Of a stretch of 64,000 bases of DNA, positions 1-12,580 are shown piece after piece (the first letter of the stretch is position 1; each line of letters begins with the position of its first letter). Position numbers and translations under genes: made by a program. The DNA is from Mizuhopecten yessoensis (Eukaryota). The DNA lies in the NCBI RefSeq assembly GCF_002113885.1, contig NW_018404492.1:3097109-3161108 (forward strand), in the 5' to 3' direction. Under the pieces are notes generated by a model. That model was not told the DNA's origin. It made no database searches and saw only the letters and a program-made list of their open reading frames with translations.

Positions 1-246
1 TAGGGGAAGATTCTGTTGTTCATACTAAATAGAAATTACACTTGTTGTTCTCCGGTTATATATTCTTTTGATATCGTGATATATTTTCATGCCAAGGATA
101 CATTTTTTTTCGATAACAATTTCGTCAATAACATATTTTCGAATCGCAATGAAATGCATGATCATTTTTCTATTTCTTATTACAAGCATTACCAATTAAT
201 TCGTCAATACATATTTCTATAATGATTAATGTTGGTTTTCAAACAG

Positions 247-455
247 AGAAGCAGATATTCCCTGCGTGATTATCAGGGGTGTAGCTAAGAGTGCTGGGTA
301 CGAGGTAGGGGATGACGAGTCCAAAGTAAGAGAACTAAATAATCGTTGGGCTGGAGTGTCTGTGGCGGGTGAGTGGAGAATTGTTTTCCCACTTTGGGCT
401 TTCTCCGCTATTGCTGGACATAGTACTGGAAAATATACTCTCGTCGAATCAAAAG
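247..455 (+). CDS. KY/hillarin/LTD-1-like transglutaminase-like protein, first exon visible (gene starts upstream of window)
   Basis: Acceptor ttttcaaacag|247, donor 455|gtaag. Reads EADIPCVIIRGVAKSAGYEVGD...NNRWAGVSVAGEWRIVFPLWA, the TGase-like core of KY/hillarin proteins. Full model join(247..455,861..1792,2668..2833,2990..3270,3629..3823,5203..5262) has all-GT-AG introns with consistent phases (1,0,1,0,0). Confidence 0.85.
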
Positions 456-860
456 GTAAGGAAAAAGATGATTTGACAGATCGTATCTAAAAGCAAGCTT
501 TCATTTTGTAGAAACTGTCATGTTGACAAATCATGTATGTGTAAAAATAAAAACAAAAAAACTTCATTTTTACACATTTCATTAAATTCAAATTGGTAAT
601 GAGGGCTATTTCACATATCATATATCGAAAGTGTATATAATGTTGCTATTACACTACAAAGTCAGCGTTAATATATGATTAATTAGATTCCCTACCGAGT
701 GGTGCTGGCTTATTATGATGATCTAATTCGTGTTAGTGAGTTTTCAACGTTTCAACAGGGCCAACGATCGGGTAAACAAAGGGGTGCCCACAATGTTTTG
801 GTGTGCTATGTAAGTGATTTACTGGTTTTGATTAACCGATCACAATTGTTCTCTTTGTAG

Positions 861-1792
861 GAAAAGCAGCTCGAGAGAAGGAAAAGAGGTCGACAGGAGA
901 GAATATTGTTCAGCTAAATGAATATTATTTCCTGACTGACCCTGAAGATTTTGTGAATGTCGCTATGGCTACCGATCCAAGATGGCAGTTCATTGGAAAG
1001 CAATTCAATCTGGAACAATTCTGTAATATTCCGTTTCTCCGCCAGAGCTACTTTAATCGTAATGTGGAAATAACTTCGGGATTTAAATCATGTTTGCATT
1101 CTGAATACGGCGTGGTGAAGGTTGGATTCAAAGCAAGAAATGAGAAATGGGAAGGTTTCTTGACATACAAATTATACTTTAATGACGAAGAATCCGAATC
1201 AGTCTTGCCAACAGATTTGCAGCTGGACAGGTATGTTGTAATGGAGCGGAATTTTGAAAAATGGACATTTAATGTTAGATGCCCTGTCACCGGAGTGTAC
1301 AAATTGAGTATTAATTCCAAATCAAGCACATCAAATGATATATCGCTTTGCGACTTCAAAATGTTCTGCGATGAAGTGACGGAGGGTGGTACCAAAGCTC
1401 TTCCTTTGGATGTCGGTACAATTGGCTGGGGTCCCAGTAATGAAATGGTGAAGGCGGGGCTAACAACACCATCACAAAGTAAAGGAATCGTCAAGGCCAC
1501 GGCCAAAAAGAAAGTAAACTTCAGTTTTACTTGTACGAAAACAGTTTCCATAAGGACAGTCCTTGTTCACAACGAAACATCCTCAGAGGAACTTCAGTCA
1601 TATGTGTCTCATAAACATGACAAAAGTTCCAACAAGTTGAATGTATCAGTGTGTGTGCCCGATGAAGGGGAGTATGCACTGCAGATACTCACCAAAGACA
1701 AAAACACGAACAAAGAACTGAACGCATGTAACTACATTATCTCTACTGAACCGACACCACAACAAAAGAAGAAGAAAAAAAAGAAGCGGGAG
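861..1792 (+). CDS. KY/hillarin-like protein, large exon (NEYYFLTDP motif plus beta-rich KY-type C-terminal domains)
   Basis: Acceptor ctctttgtag|861, donor gag|gtaggt at 1792. Contains ORF 953-1825 with QLNEYYFLTDPEDF, DPRWQ, CPVTGVYKLSI, IGWGP and PDEGEYALQI. Confidence 0.88.
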
Positions 1793-2667
1793 GTAGGTGA
1801 CAGAAATGTACATGCTGGTTCGTGAATGCTTAAAGTTTAGCAAGACGATTATTAGTAAGTAACATATTTCAGCAGGATTAAAACTGGACCATATGTGAAA
1901 TTTATTAGAGTCATAGTAAACTTCATTTTATATACAGAAAAGACTCTTGAATGCAGTTTTCATCAGATTAGTGTTTAACTGGATGACTTGGCTAACGTAC
2001 GTATGGATTGTGTCTTTTGAAATTAAAAATATGTTGAATACACAAGAAACAACAAGAGAATACCGAAGTTTCAATAAAATCATAATTCGAACTCGACATC
2101 GATAAAACTAGGGTAAATATTATGAAATGAACGGTAGATCTACACGGATACCATTGCAAACAACAAAGATAATTAGACCAGGTATCCCGGAAGAGTAAGC
2201 GTACTTTGCTAGGTCAAAGCCAAAAAATGTTGCGTTCTTACATCGAAAATTCGACATCGACAACAACACCACAAGGCACACTAATGAGCATAATTAAATA
2301 ACATCAACCCCTTTATCACACAAAGAAATAGTTATTTCCCAATGAGTCCACGTCACGGTGCCTACCGCTTCCATAGTCTTGAATACCGAACCAAAAACCG
2401 TAGGTAGGGGAAGCAAAGCAGACTAAATGATTTGTATGGCTGGAAAAACGTAGGGTTCTACAGGGTTTGGTTTTGTCAAGATTGTTTTTTTAATTAAATG
2501 AATTTCATATTATTTATAAACCAAACATATCGTTTATATGAAGTCGATCGATGAGGATAATATTGAAATAAAGGGCAATTGATCAACGGAACAGTTAGTA
2601 ACGTACGACAATCCGGTTTACTTCTTCATACATTCCTTAGAGTTATAATGCCTGCTATATTTTACAG

Positions 2668-2833
2668 AACGTGACTGAAAGGAAGGCAAGAGATGATTTG
2701 AAGAAGGCATCGACTGGAAACGATTTGGAAATGTTATCAATATTTATAGTTAAGTTCCAGAGGATGGGTTTGGATGATAAGGGTGATTTAGAAATTGCTC
2801 TTAAAAGACAAAACTTTCTTGTGTTAGAGAAAG
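2668..2833 (+). CDS. KY/hillarin-like protein, helical exon
   Basis: tttacag|AAC GTG ACT ... AAA G|gtacgt; 166 nt, in frame with neighbours; same size in the duplicate (13506-13671). Confidence 0.85.
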
Positions 2834-2989
2834 GTACGTATTTCCTCTTTTAAACATAATGCTAACGTGTTGAAAATGCACGCTTTCGTACGTCTGTATT
2901 TATACACTTGTTTCGCCTTGCTTTCGAAGATTCTATAGTATGCTGCAGGTTATGTAGTATATATAATATCTGATATTGTTATTTCAAAG

Positions 2990-3270
2990 GTCTGAACGAA
3001 GCAATTATGAGGCGTTATATTGACGTTCTCGATACTGCAATTGGAAACGCAGAGAAGTCAAAGTTCAAGTCTCAGCTTGCACCAAAGATCAAAGAGGCGG
3101 ATCAGGTGAGGAAGGATCTGAACAAACTGAACAGATTTGCACACGACATACTGGCAATGCAGCAACCCACGGTGTCTGAGCTCCACCGCTACAAGATACC
3201 AAAACCCCCGATAGTGGACGTGATGGTGGCTACCTTCACACTACTTGGAGAATCAAAAGATAACCTAAAG
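2990..3270 (+). CDS. KY/hillarin-like protein, exon starting the dynein-MTBD-like region
   Basis: tcaaag|GT CTG ... AAG|gtaatt; 281 nt; ...SELHRYKIPKPPIVDVMVATFTLLGES; same size in the duplicate (13818-14098). Confidence 0.85.
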
Positions 3271-3628
3271 GTAATTCCCTGGTAATAGCAATAATTCAAA
3301 CTCTAAACGTCTTATAGCACAAAGGTATATCAAATATATCTGCAACTTAAAAATCCCAATTTCGTTTATATTTGTGTATTCCCATGTGTTTTGATGGATC
3401 CTCAGTCATTGCTGAACTTTTGTAAAGACATCGAGTTCTGAATTTGTTCTTGTGTATTGACGGTATGATACATATTTGCCTTTGTTTTGTAATTATACGT
3501 CAACAAATGGCTTTTTTAAAAGGATCGTGAAACAAATTTTAAAATTCCTGAAAGCAATTCTACATAACTGCCTTTCTTAAATTCTAAACTTTCCTAATGT
3601 ATTCTATACATATTGTATACTGTTCTAG

Positions 3629-3823
3629 GTTTGGAAGGGCATACAGACCTTGTTGAGGAAACTCGGTCTTAAATCCGTAATAAGTCGTGTCCGGCAGTTT
3701 CCTGAAAAACAAGCTCAGTATGTTGATGAGAGTACCGCGATGGAAGTCCAGGACATGATCCGGGTATATGACGAGGACACAGTCCGGCTTTGTAGTCCTG
3801 CTGCTGGAACCTTTTACGTCTGG
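3629..3823 (+). CDS. KY/hillarin-like protein, penultimate exon
   Basis: ttctag|GTT TGG ... TGG|gtaagt; 195 nt; VWKGIQTLL...VRLCSPAAGTFYVW. Confidence 0.85.
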
Positions 3824-5202
3824 GTAAGTACATGCTTTGGCCTTTCAATTGCTTACTTACAGCACGCCAATATATACTTGTGAATGAATATAAATGACCA
3901 TAAATATATAAAAACATGCGGTTTTTATATCAATCATTAATGCACGAGAAAGTAACATAAAACTAGACTTTAAGCACTGTATACGAACTCAAAGGACTAA
4001 TAATAAATACAGCATGAGGGTGTTAACTATAAAACATGTTGTGTCCAGGACGGGTTGATGAATTGGTTGGACTTGAAAAAAACCCAATAAATGTTGATTT
4101 TTTATTTATTTTTTATCAATAATTGCAACTTATGAAAGTCCATTCTGATAGTTTGTCACATATTTTGGAGCTTGTGCGAGCCTACGTATTGACGTAATGT
4201 ACAGAAATATAGTCCGTCATTGAAGAGCCATCATTCAATATGATGATGTACGCTGATGTTTCAGTACAGCCAAATTATGAAGAAACAAAACAAACAAAAA
4301 ACACACATTTTAAATGCCATATCCAAGTTTTGTTGATGAATTCATACGTTGAAATATAAAAACTTCTCTGACGCGTCATCGCGGAAGAATCATCTCCAGA
4401 CGCGGTTCGCAGGCTCAGCTGCAAGTCTATGACAGTCATCTTTATACTAGCTCAAAGGGGAGAGTCGCTAATTCCGAGGTTTTACATTCGGAATGTGAAG
4501 CTGCAGTTATTGAATGTCGAATTAAACAATAAACCAGACGTTAAATAAAATGACAAAACGATTTGATATGGCAGTTGACTGTTCGACTACATGGCATATA
4601 TGACTTGACGACATGTGTGAGCAACGTTGTTTTCTATTTGTACCGGGGGATGACACTGACATAAGAGGCAGAATGGGTGTTGGAGGGAGAATTTCTAGGG
4701 CAATACTTCGATTGTCACTATCGCTAGCAAACGCTGATATTGTTTTGCTGATTGATCGTTTTGGTCGCTTGACCAATTTCTTGTGTAGCTTCATCAAAAA
4801 TGTAAAATCTCATATAAGTGGTATCTTCTTTGTTTGCAAGTTCTGCTAAAAGTGTCAATAGTTACTGAATATGAACGGGTAAAATTTGGTAGTTGCATTT
4901 ATTCAAAGTTGAATAGAAATTGAATTTTTTATAATTTAAAGACATTATGATATTTTCTACACTGTATATACATATATTTACAATATACATGGTTACACGT
5001 GTATAAGAAAAACTAAGGTTTTATTATTGACCGAACGTGTTAATATGACATCTAAAAGCTACATGTAATTATGTTCCATGTCAAACACGTATTCTAAATA
5101 GATAACCAGGACAATAAAATTAGACGTGCAAAAACAATTCATGACCTTTCAAATAATAAACAATACGATAATGAACTTCTATTGCTTTATTTTCTTTTGT
5201 AG

Positions 5203-5262
5203 GTTAACAACATTGTGACAGATATCATCGCGAACGGTAATACAAGTTATAAGGGTACATAG
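5203..5262 (+). CDS. KY/hillarin-like protein, terminal coding exon
   Basis: Polypyrimidine tract tttcttttgtag|GTT AAC AAC ATT...; VNNIVTDIIANGNTSYKGT-TAG; homologous to the exon at 15919. Confidence 0.75.
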   Translation, partial: VNNIVTDIIANGNTSYKGT

Positions 5263-5459
5263 ACAATGAACCGTAGCCATTACAGGAAAATAGATCGGCG
5301 TCGATAGTTCTTCCTTGGTACAACACTCCCAGCACATGTACAACATTCTACAAAAACTGAAAACTCACACACTTCGAGTATAATTTTTTTTTTATTTAAA
5401 ACTACTGAAAATGTCATGGAATTGATTTTTCTAGTTCGCTATCCCTGAAGATGAGACTT

Positions 5460-5625
5460 GGTTGGTTTTGCATCTTACGTCCTATTAACAGCTATGGTAA
5501 TTTAAGGACATGTCAGGAGGTGGTTTTGGAGGAGAACCTGCGGTCAGTACATGACGACTGTCCAACATAGGCCTCCAACCTGCGACCATAGGCGGAAAGC
5601 TAGTGAAAATTTCATTTTAAATACA
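5460..5625 (-). mobile_element. Degenerate SINE fragment
   Basis: acgtcctattaacagctatgg...aaggac...acctgcggtcagtac... resembles the reverse complement of common mollusc tRNA-derived SINE bodies (recalled, not searched). Confidence 0.45.
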
Positions 5626-7369
5626 TTTTTATTGATTAAATAATCAATCGGATTGGGCAACAAGCATTGCCTATATAAGCCTTCTCCCCATCATATATGT
5701 CCACTCGTAGACAGACCTTGGATTTCATTTGATCATACTGATTTTGTTTATCCGAATGACGCGGAAGAATATTTAAATGAGGTATTGGTTGAGGAATTCC
5801 CTACAATGTTATTTGAAAGATCGCAATAATACGACATTTAAAACCGTAATGTATTCCAAATATTACTCTTAAAGTAAAAACCTAAAAACATGACGTAGCC
5901 ATACTAATGAGTGTTACATTAGGTCTGTCTCAGATCTTATGTAAATTGACAGTGGTGACGTTGTATTTTAGAATTTATTGTATTTATCTATTTTGTTTTC
6001 AAAACGACATAGTTATTTTACAAGATAAATTAATGACAAAACGGATCCCAATACAAGCAAATGTTATGTATAACATTTACTTGTATTCATACAATGGGTG
6101 ATACACTACGTAATGCCAAACAGCATGTAAATCATATTAGTTTATATTATACTTTATTTGTATACGTCTTTATCTTACGTTGTACTTTATTTGTGTTTAT
6201 ATTAATGCACATTATGTATATCAATTCATAGTTTATAAATGAAATTAAACTATGTTTATATTTATAGCAAGCATACATATATCTATTGGAGTTTTTTAAT
6301 TCTATTTGATGTCAGTTACATTCGAATGTATTTCGTGTGTTATTTACATTGATGAATATTTATTTTATGTTTTAGCTTCATGTACCAAGATAAATAAAAC
6401 TACCTACGCGTACCCTTCAACATTATCATATTTGTTAAACTCATCTTCAAGTTTCCTGTGATACAGCTTCGTCAGTGTCGTTAGATGCATTTCGTTTTCT
6501 TGTTATTAACTCCCCAGCTTCTCCCGCCTGCGGTGTAAACATGTTGTATATGAGTGATATGTATAGTCTTGCTCGTAATATCAAGTTTCCCATGATAAAT
6601 GTCGAATTCTGAAAGACAAACTTACAATACAGGGTTTTGAGACATGCACAATAACGAAGACTAAGGACATTTTTATAGTGATTTATATTTTTCTTTGTGC
6701 GATATGAATATCAACTTTTTATTAATCTCATTTGTATGCCTTGTTGTTTCATTGTTAACATCACATCTCTCGTTCTGAGGACGTAATATTACCTGGATGT
6801 AACATATATTTACTTTGCATATGCCGAAAAAAAAGCAGAAACCGTTTACCCTTCCGGACCTTCTCGTGTTGTTCTACTCGTGCTTTACAGGAGCCACCGT
6901 AAAATATTCTATTTTTGTTTGATTTTTATCCCTGAGTCATCATGTTTTAGTTAGAAAACGATTTGTGCATGCTTTGATATTTCTGTGTTATCTTTTCTGT
7001 TCTTTAAAAAAAACAAAAAAAAAACATAAATGCAAACAGACAGAATAAGCATAATTGGCGTTGTGTTATTCATTTCTCACCCTTTATTTTACTTATAGTC
7101 TGGACGTATAAAGACGGTGGTGATGCAGTTTTCTTATGTACTGATGTCACTGTTTTTAAAAAAGCTTACATTTGCAGGGACCACAAGATAACTATGATAT
7201 CATCTACTTAAACATCAGAAAGTCAGTGTTGGGTAAATTTCATATATCAAATCAAGACATAATGACTTATTTTCTGATTCAAAAATACTCTAATGTTACA
7301 CTTGTATACCTGACAAAAATCATAAAATGTTTACATATAAAGTATAAAATAAGCCATTTAAAGACTAGG

Positions 7370-7686
7370 CCAATACATCTTTGTAGATCGGTAACTTCGT
7401 AACACAGATCAATACATCTTTGTAACTCGGTAACTTTGTAACACAGATCAATACATCTTTGTAAATCGGTAACCTTGTAACACAGATCAATACATCTTTG
7501 TAAATCAGTAACTTTATAACACAGCTCAATACATCTTTGTAAATCGGTAACTTGGTAACACAGATCAATACATCTTTGTAAATCGGTAACTTTGTAACAC
7601 AGATCGATACATCTTTGTAAATCGGTAACTTTGTAACACAGATCAATACATCTTTGTAAATCGGTAACTTTGTAACACAGATCAAT
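7370..7686. repeat. 39-bp minisatellite, ~8 copies
   Basis: Unit cacagatcaatacatctttgtaaatcggtaactttgtaa is repeated in tandem; it explains the 13-aa repeat ORF 7365-7685. Confidence 0.95.
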
Positions 7687-10600
7687 AGTTAGAGGTAATC
7701 ATCTACCTACTACCTCTTTTATTTAACATACGGTGATAAGCTAGATAATACTTTACACTTTAACAGCTCAATATCTCAACATCTTGATCACTCTTGCCAA
7801 AAAGGAGAAAGTTTATTCCTTCTTTAAAGGCAAATAATTCCATATTGATTTTTTTCTTTGCTGATTTAAATCTCTATGGCTATAACCGGCACAATTTCTT
7901 TTAAATAAAGAAAGCATTCCCCTCCAAGCTACATGTAACGATTAACGTCTATTTGCAATGTAGTTGTCACTTATGCATTTGTTTATTTGCTATAATTATT
8001 ATTTTATATATAAACACATCTACAATAACACTACTGGAATGTAAGTTGGCCTATCGTCAACTAAAAGCCAATTTTGCCGTATTAACACTACTTTAATAAT
8101 TATGTTTTTTTTCATCGAACTCGCGTGTCATAATATTTTTCCGAAAAGTAGAGCTAATTTCGCCATTCATATTGGTAATGGAATGCTTGCCTTTCAAACT
8201 CTGATAAAAAACCAACACTTCTCATGCTTAATGTTAATTCAGTCGTGAACAGCTTATAGTCCTATATAATTTCTTTCTGAGAAACGGATTTGCAGAACAG
8301 ATCAACGTGTATTAGAGTACAAAGGACGCCAACAAAGCGTATTGGCTATTAAAATCTAAAGTGTCATTGAGTTAAGGTAAAACGAAGGTGTCAATTTATC
8401 AACATAGACAAAATAAAAATAAAAATAGTTGTGTCCAAGGTGTACCTCTGTATAGATACCGACACAAGCCCGGTGGCATGGCGGATCATATGGAGTTACC
8501 AGACAAACCAACAAGCGCACTGAGTGAGTAATAGGTGAGCATATTCTTTGTTTTTCATGCACACGTAAAGGATTTGTTATAACATCCCTGGTAAAACTTT
8601 CGATATCAGTATTTTCTTATCTTTCATTAGGATGATTTTATTAATTAATCACATAATATGTATAAGATTACTTTTTTAGATGAAAAGATGAACACCGTAA
8701 TCGTCACTCGCTTTACAATTAAATATATATATACATTTACACGCATAATTGAAAATTTGATTTTTTTTATTCACATCAATAACAGTGCATTTTAAGTAAG
8801 GAGTACTGAAGTAGATGTTGTTTGCATGTTTTTGGTTTATCGTCCTAGCAACAGATACTGTCATAATGAAAACGGGTGCGGGAGCCACCACAAAAAAAGT
8901 AGAGACGAGTGGGGAGAAAAGAAAAACAAATATACATATCACAAGTGGTGCAAGGGACAGCAAATCATGTTTGGTTTCTTTAATATCCACTCAGCAAAAG
9001 ACAAAGAAGATAACTCCAGATTCTGCAGGGGTTCAACATTATTCGCATCGTAAGAACACACGCAGTGGGATACAGAAGGACTACACTTTCCTCGAACCTG
9101 CTGGGGTTATACATCAATACAGACCATAAGTTTTTGTTTAATTGTTATTAAAGGGATTATCTATTTAAATCCCAGTTCTTGGCAAATGAGTCTGTTGAAT
9201 ATTAGACCACAATTAACATGCAATGCCATTTCATGTTGTTCTGCCTTTTGATTTTATGTCCCTTCGATCTCTGTTGTTGTCTTATAGTGACATGTTTCAA
9301 CCGCTTTCTTGTAAGTAGATTAACATTTTAATATTACTTAAAACAGTTTGGTTCTGAAGAATATTTTATGTTTTTTGGCGGCTGCAGCTTTTGTGAAAGA
9401 AATTATCAATCTTGAAACAGATTTTGGAAAAAATGTTTCGCAAATATTGGTAATGTGAGCAAATATTTTTGGGGTTCAGGATGTATCTTATTTTGCATGA
9501 AATGCGATTGTATATTTAGCAGTAAAATATAATATAATATTCTGTCTCATCGTAAATACAAAAGAGTCCATCGTAAAGAGTCCATATTTTAAGTGGATAG
9601 CCAAAGCCACATGGACTGAAGGACACTAAAACAAGCAAAAAGACATCAGAAACACCCACAAAGAACACTGATTAAGAATCGGGCAGCTTCAGGAGGGTTC
9701 TGAACCACATGTGATAACCGGGATGATGTAACTGACAAACGATCTAAGACATATACAGTACTCTTTATTTATGGTAGACAGTGAAATGGCTTCGGAAATA
9801 TACATCGACGTAGCTCTGGAAAAAAGTGTGTTCTTCGTAGGAAAATATATATATAAAAAGATGGTTTAATGTAGTATTTGGGATCTGCAATGCATCTAAT
9901 CTCCGGACTAAATAGCCCTTGTCTAAATGATTGTGTGTGGTATAGACCGACATATCATATCTAGATCTAAAAGTTTATCAGATATTGATAAGCTGACTTC
10001 TACAATCAATGGGAAATAGGTCAAGGATATGCGAATTGTTTGTTGTGGTTTTTCTTAGTCCAGATAAAAAAATATGACGCTGGTATTTTCATTAGCAAAA
10101 CATGCCGTATATACCGTTATCAACGAGACAATTTAGTCTTATTTTTGTCAACAAGTGTGCATCTTTAACTCTGGAGTATATGGCTTTTATTTGTAACTAA
10201 ATATATACGACAGTTCGTGAATCCATAAAACATAACCGGTAGATTAAGATATTGTTCGACAAAATGATCAGAACCCAAGACAGTCTATCATAGCCCTACA
10301 ATTTTAGCTTCCTTTTGCATCTTTGTTTCTTTCTTAAGTTCTTAAGAAATGCAGAGTCAGTGAAGTAGAGGTATATTGTATAAATGGAAAGCCAAATCAG
10401 AGGAGATATCTGTTTCATATGTACAGTCAGAACCATAGAGGATGGGGTGTGGTTCAAGTAGCAGTACCGATATTGGCACGGACAACCTGGTGGAGCCTCA
10501 GACAGATCCGGTACGTAACACATAATTACCTTCACGTTGCACTGAATCAGGTATATGGAAACCTCAGCTTACCAACATCAATTAAGAAAAGGGTCATTTA

Positions 10601-11319
10601 GCAGGGTATGACATTGTGTCATTTAAGTTAAATTTACCACCGCCATTAGGAGGGACATGGTAAAACGTTATGACGATGTAACACAAAACTGGTTCTACCG
10701 AAATTTTGGTTACATAAGACGGTGTGCCAATAAACAAAAGGGACAGTGTTATTGTATCGGATATGTCGATATATCGGTAAAGGTTTAAAGTCCGTGAACT
10801 CAGGAGTCATTGTATTCCAATTCAGATAGTTTACCATACATATATATATCAAGGATGACATGTTTTTCTATTTAGCGTTGTCCAAGGTTAAGGCTAATGT
10901 TGCCGATATCATATCGAACCCCCAGGATCGGTAGGCTATAAAAGGCGATAGGTATAGCATGCTCTGTGAAGGAAACGGACATATTTCCGCAAACAATGTT
11001 AATAAAGGTCAACGTAATTAATGTACTAGCTCATGCATAGGTAGTTTAAAAATCACTCCTGGTTTAATTATGATATAACTATCTCTCTATCGATTTAGAT
11101 ATAATCGCATGAAGCCTTAATTTGAACATATATATAATAGAGGTATGTAAAGGTCATGGACATAATATTTAAAGATCCATCAAGTAGGGGGAAACACAGT
11201 CAAACTGACATATAAAATAGGCCTAACACATTCTTTTTAAAAACATGCGAATCAGCAGCATATTACCTTATTGGGAAAAGGCGGTATTATACGACCCCGA
11301 AGCGGAGCGAAGCTATTTG

Positions 11320-12275
11320 ATGTACGTAACCGACAACAGTGAAGCTTAATAAGCATGCAGTGTAATCTTTCAGAAGTGTATGTAAACCAGTGGCAAGTAC
11401 TTCTACTTTAACTTCTAAATGGTACTGACCAACTTCAACAACTTGAAGATAAAATGTCAGACGAGGAGTGAAACATGGAAAGAGATTGTTTTTAAAAGAT
11501 ACGAGATGGTCTAATTTGCGTTTGAAAAGTGATGGTAGAGGGCTGATTTGAATAATTCCGTTGTGGGGCTCGAAATAATGTCAGGTGGGAGTTTATTCCA
11601 CTCGGGTATAGTTCGAGGGCAGAATGAGCCTTTCTGGTCTGGGTTTTTGAGTGGGGAATTTGATACGAAAACTGGTGGTTTGTTCGGGATTTTCTAACTG
11701 TAGGGATTAATCTGTCTGATTTTACGATAGCGACTTTCTGGTTTGCAATGTTATGAAGCATGGTCAGACGAGCATCTCTACGTCTATCTGCTAGAGGGCG
11801 CAGCTTTAGGTGGTCCAACATTTCTGACACACTGGAGGCACGATTGTTGTACCTGTGCTTATTGAGCACATAACGCGCTACCCTTCGCTTGACCATTTCC
11901 AACTTGTCAATATTTGTTTGGGTGTGAGGGTCCCATACTGTACAGGCATACCCAAGTGATGGTCGAACTAATGATTTATATGCCTGTACTTTGGCTGATG
12001 TTGAGCCATTTTAAGATTTCGTCTTAAAAAGCCTAGCGTAGAATATGCTTTTGGGCAGATAGTATTTATATGTGAATCCCATTCAAGGTCAGATGATAGT
12101 GTTACACCCAGATACTTGGCCTGACTAAGATGTTCCTGTATGTGTCCATGTAAAGTATAATTATGGACTATTTTTGTTTTGTTTTTAGTCACCGACAACA
12201 CATTGCATTTATTTGGGTGGAATATAATTTTCCATGTATTTTCCCAGAGCGCTAGTTTGTCAAGATCTTTTTTAA
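11320..12275 (-). mobile_element. 5'-truncated non-LTR retrotransposon (CR1-like RT C-terminus), frameshifted
   Basis: AKYLGVTLSSDLEWDSHI...TLGFLRRNL; WDPHTQTNIDKLEMVKRRVARYV...LADRRRDARL split across frames. Confidence 0.85.
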
Positions 12276-12580
12276 AGTGAAGTATAACATTTACAGAGTT
12301 CGTTCTTAAGTCCTACTAATTTTATAGAGCTTCTAGGATACTCGTATGTCCTTTTGAAAGATAATATATAGACACCATATTGTTCGGGGGCTAATAAAGA
12401 GCTTGGTAAATCAACCGGGTGTGTGTTTTACCAATTACAAGAATATAATGCTTTTTTCGGTTTGTTGTAAGATTACTTATTGCATGTAACGTATTGTCCC
12501 TCTAACAAAGCTTATAAATAAACAGCGAATGAGGCCCAAATATAAATGGGTATTCTAATTCATTTGCGACAATATAACCA

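Noticed and set aside
1048-1551. Antisense/overlapping ORFs on real exons (also 13709-14014 and 24676-26774)
   Set aside because: Shadow frames of genuine coding sequence with no recognisable motifs.
7365-7685. Repeat-protein ORFs here and at 35068-37529 and 50018-50568
   Set aside because: They are translations of 39-, 52- and 31-bp tandem repeats with no splice or domain support.
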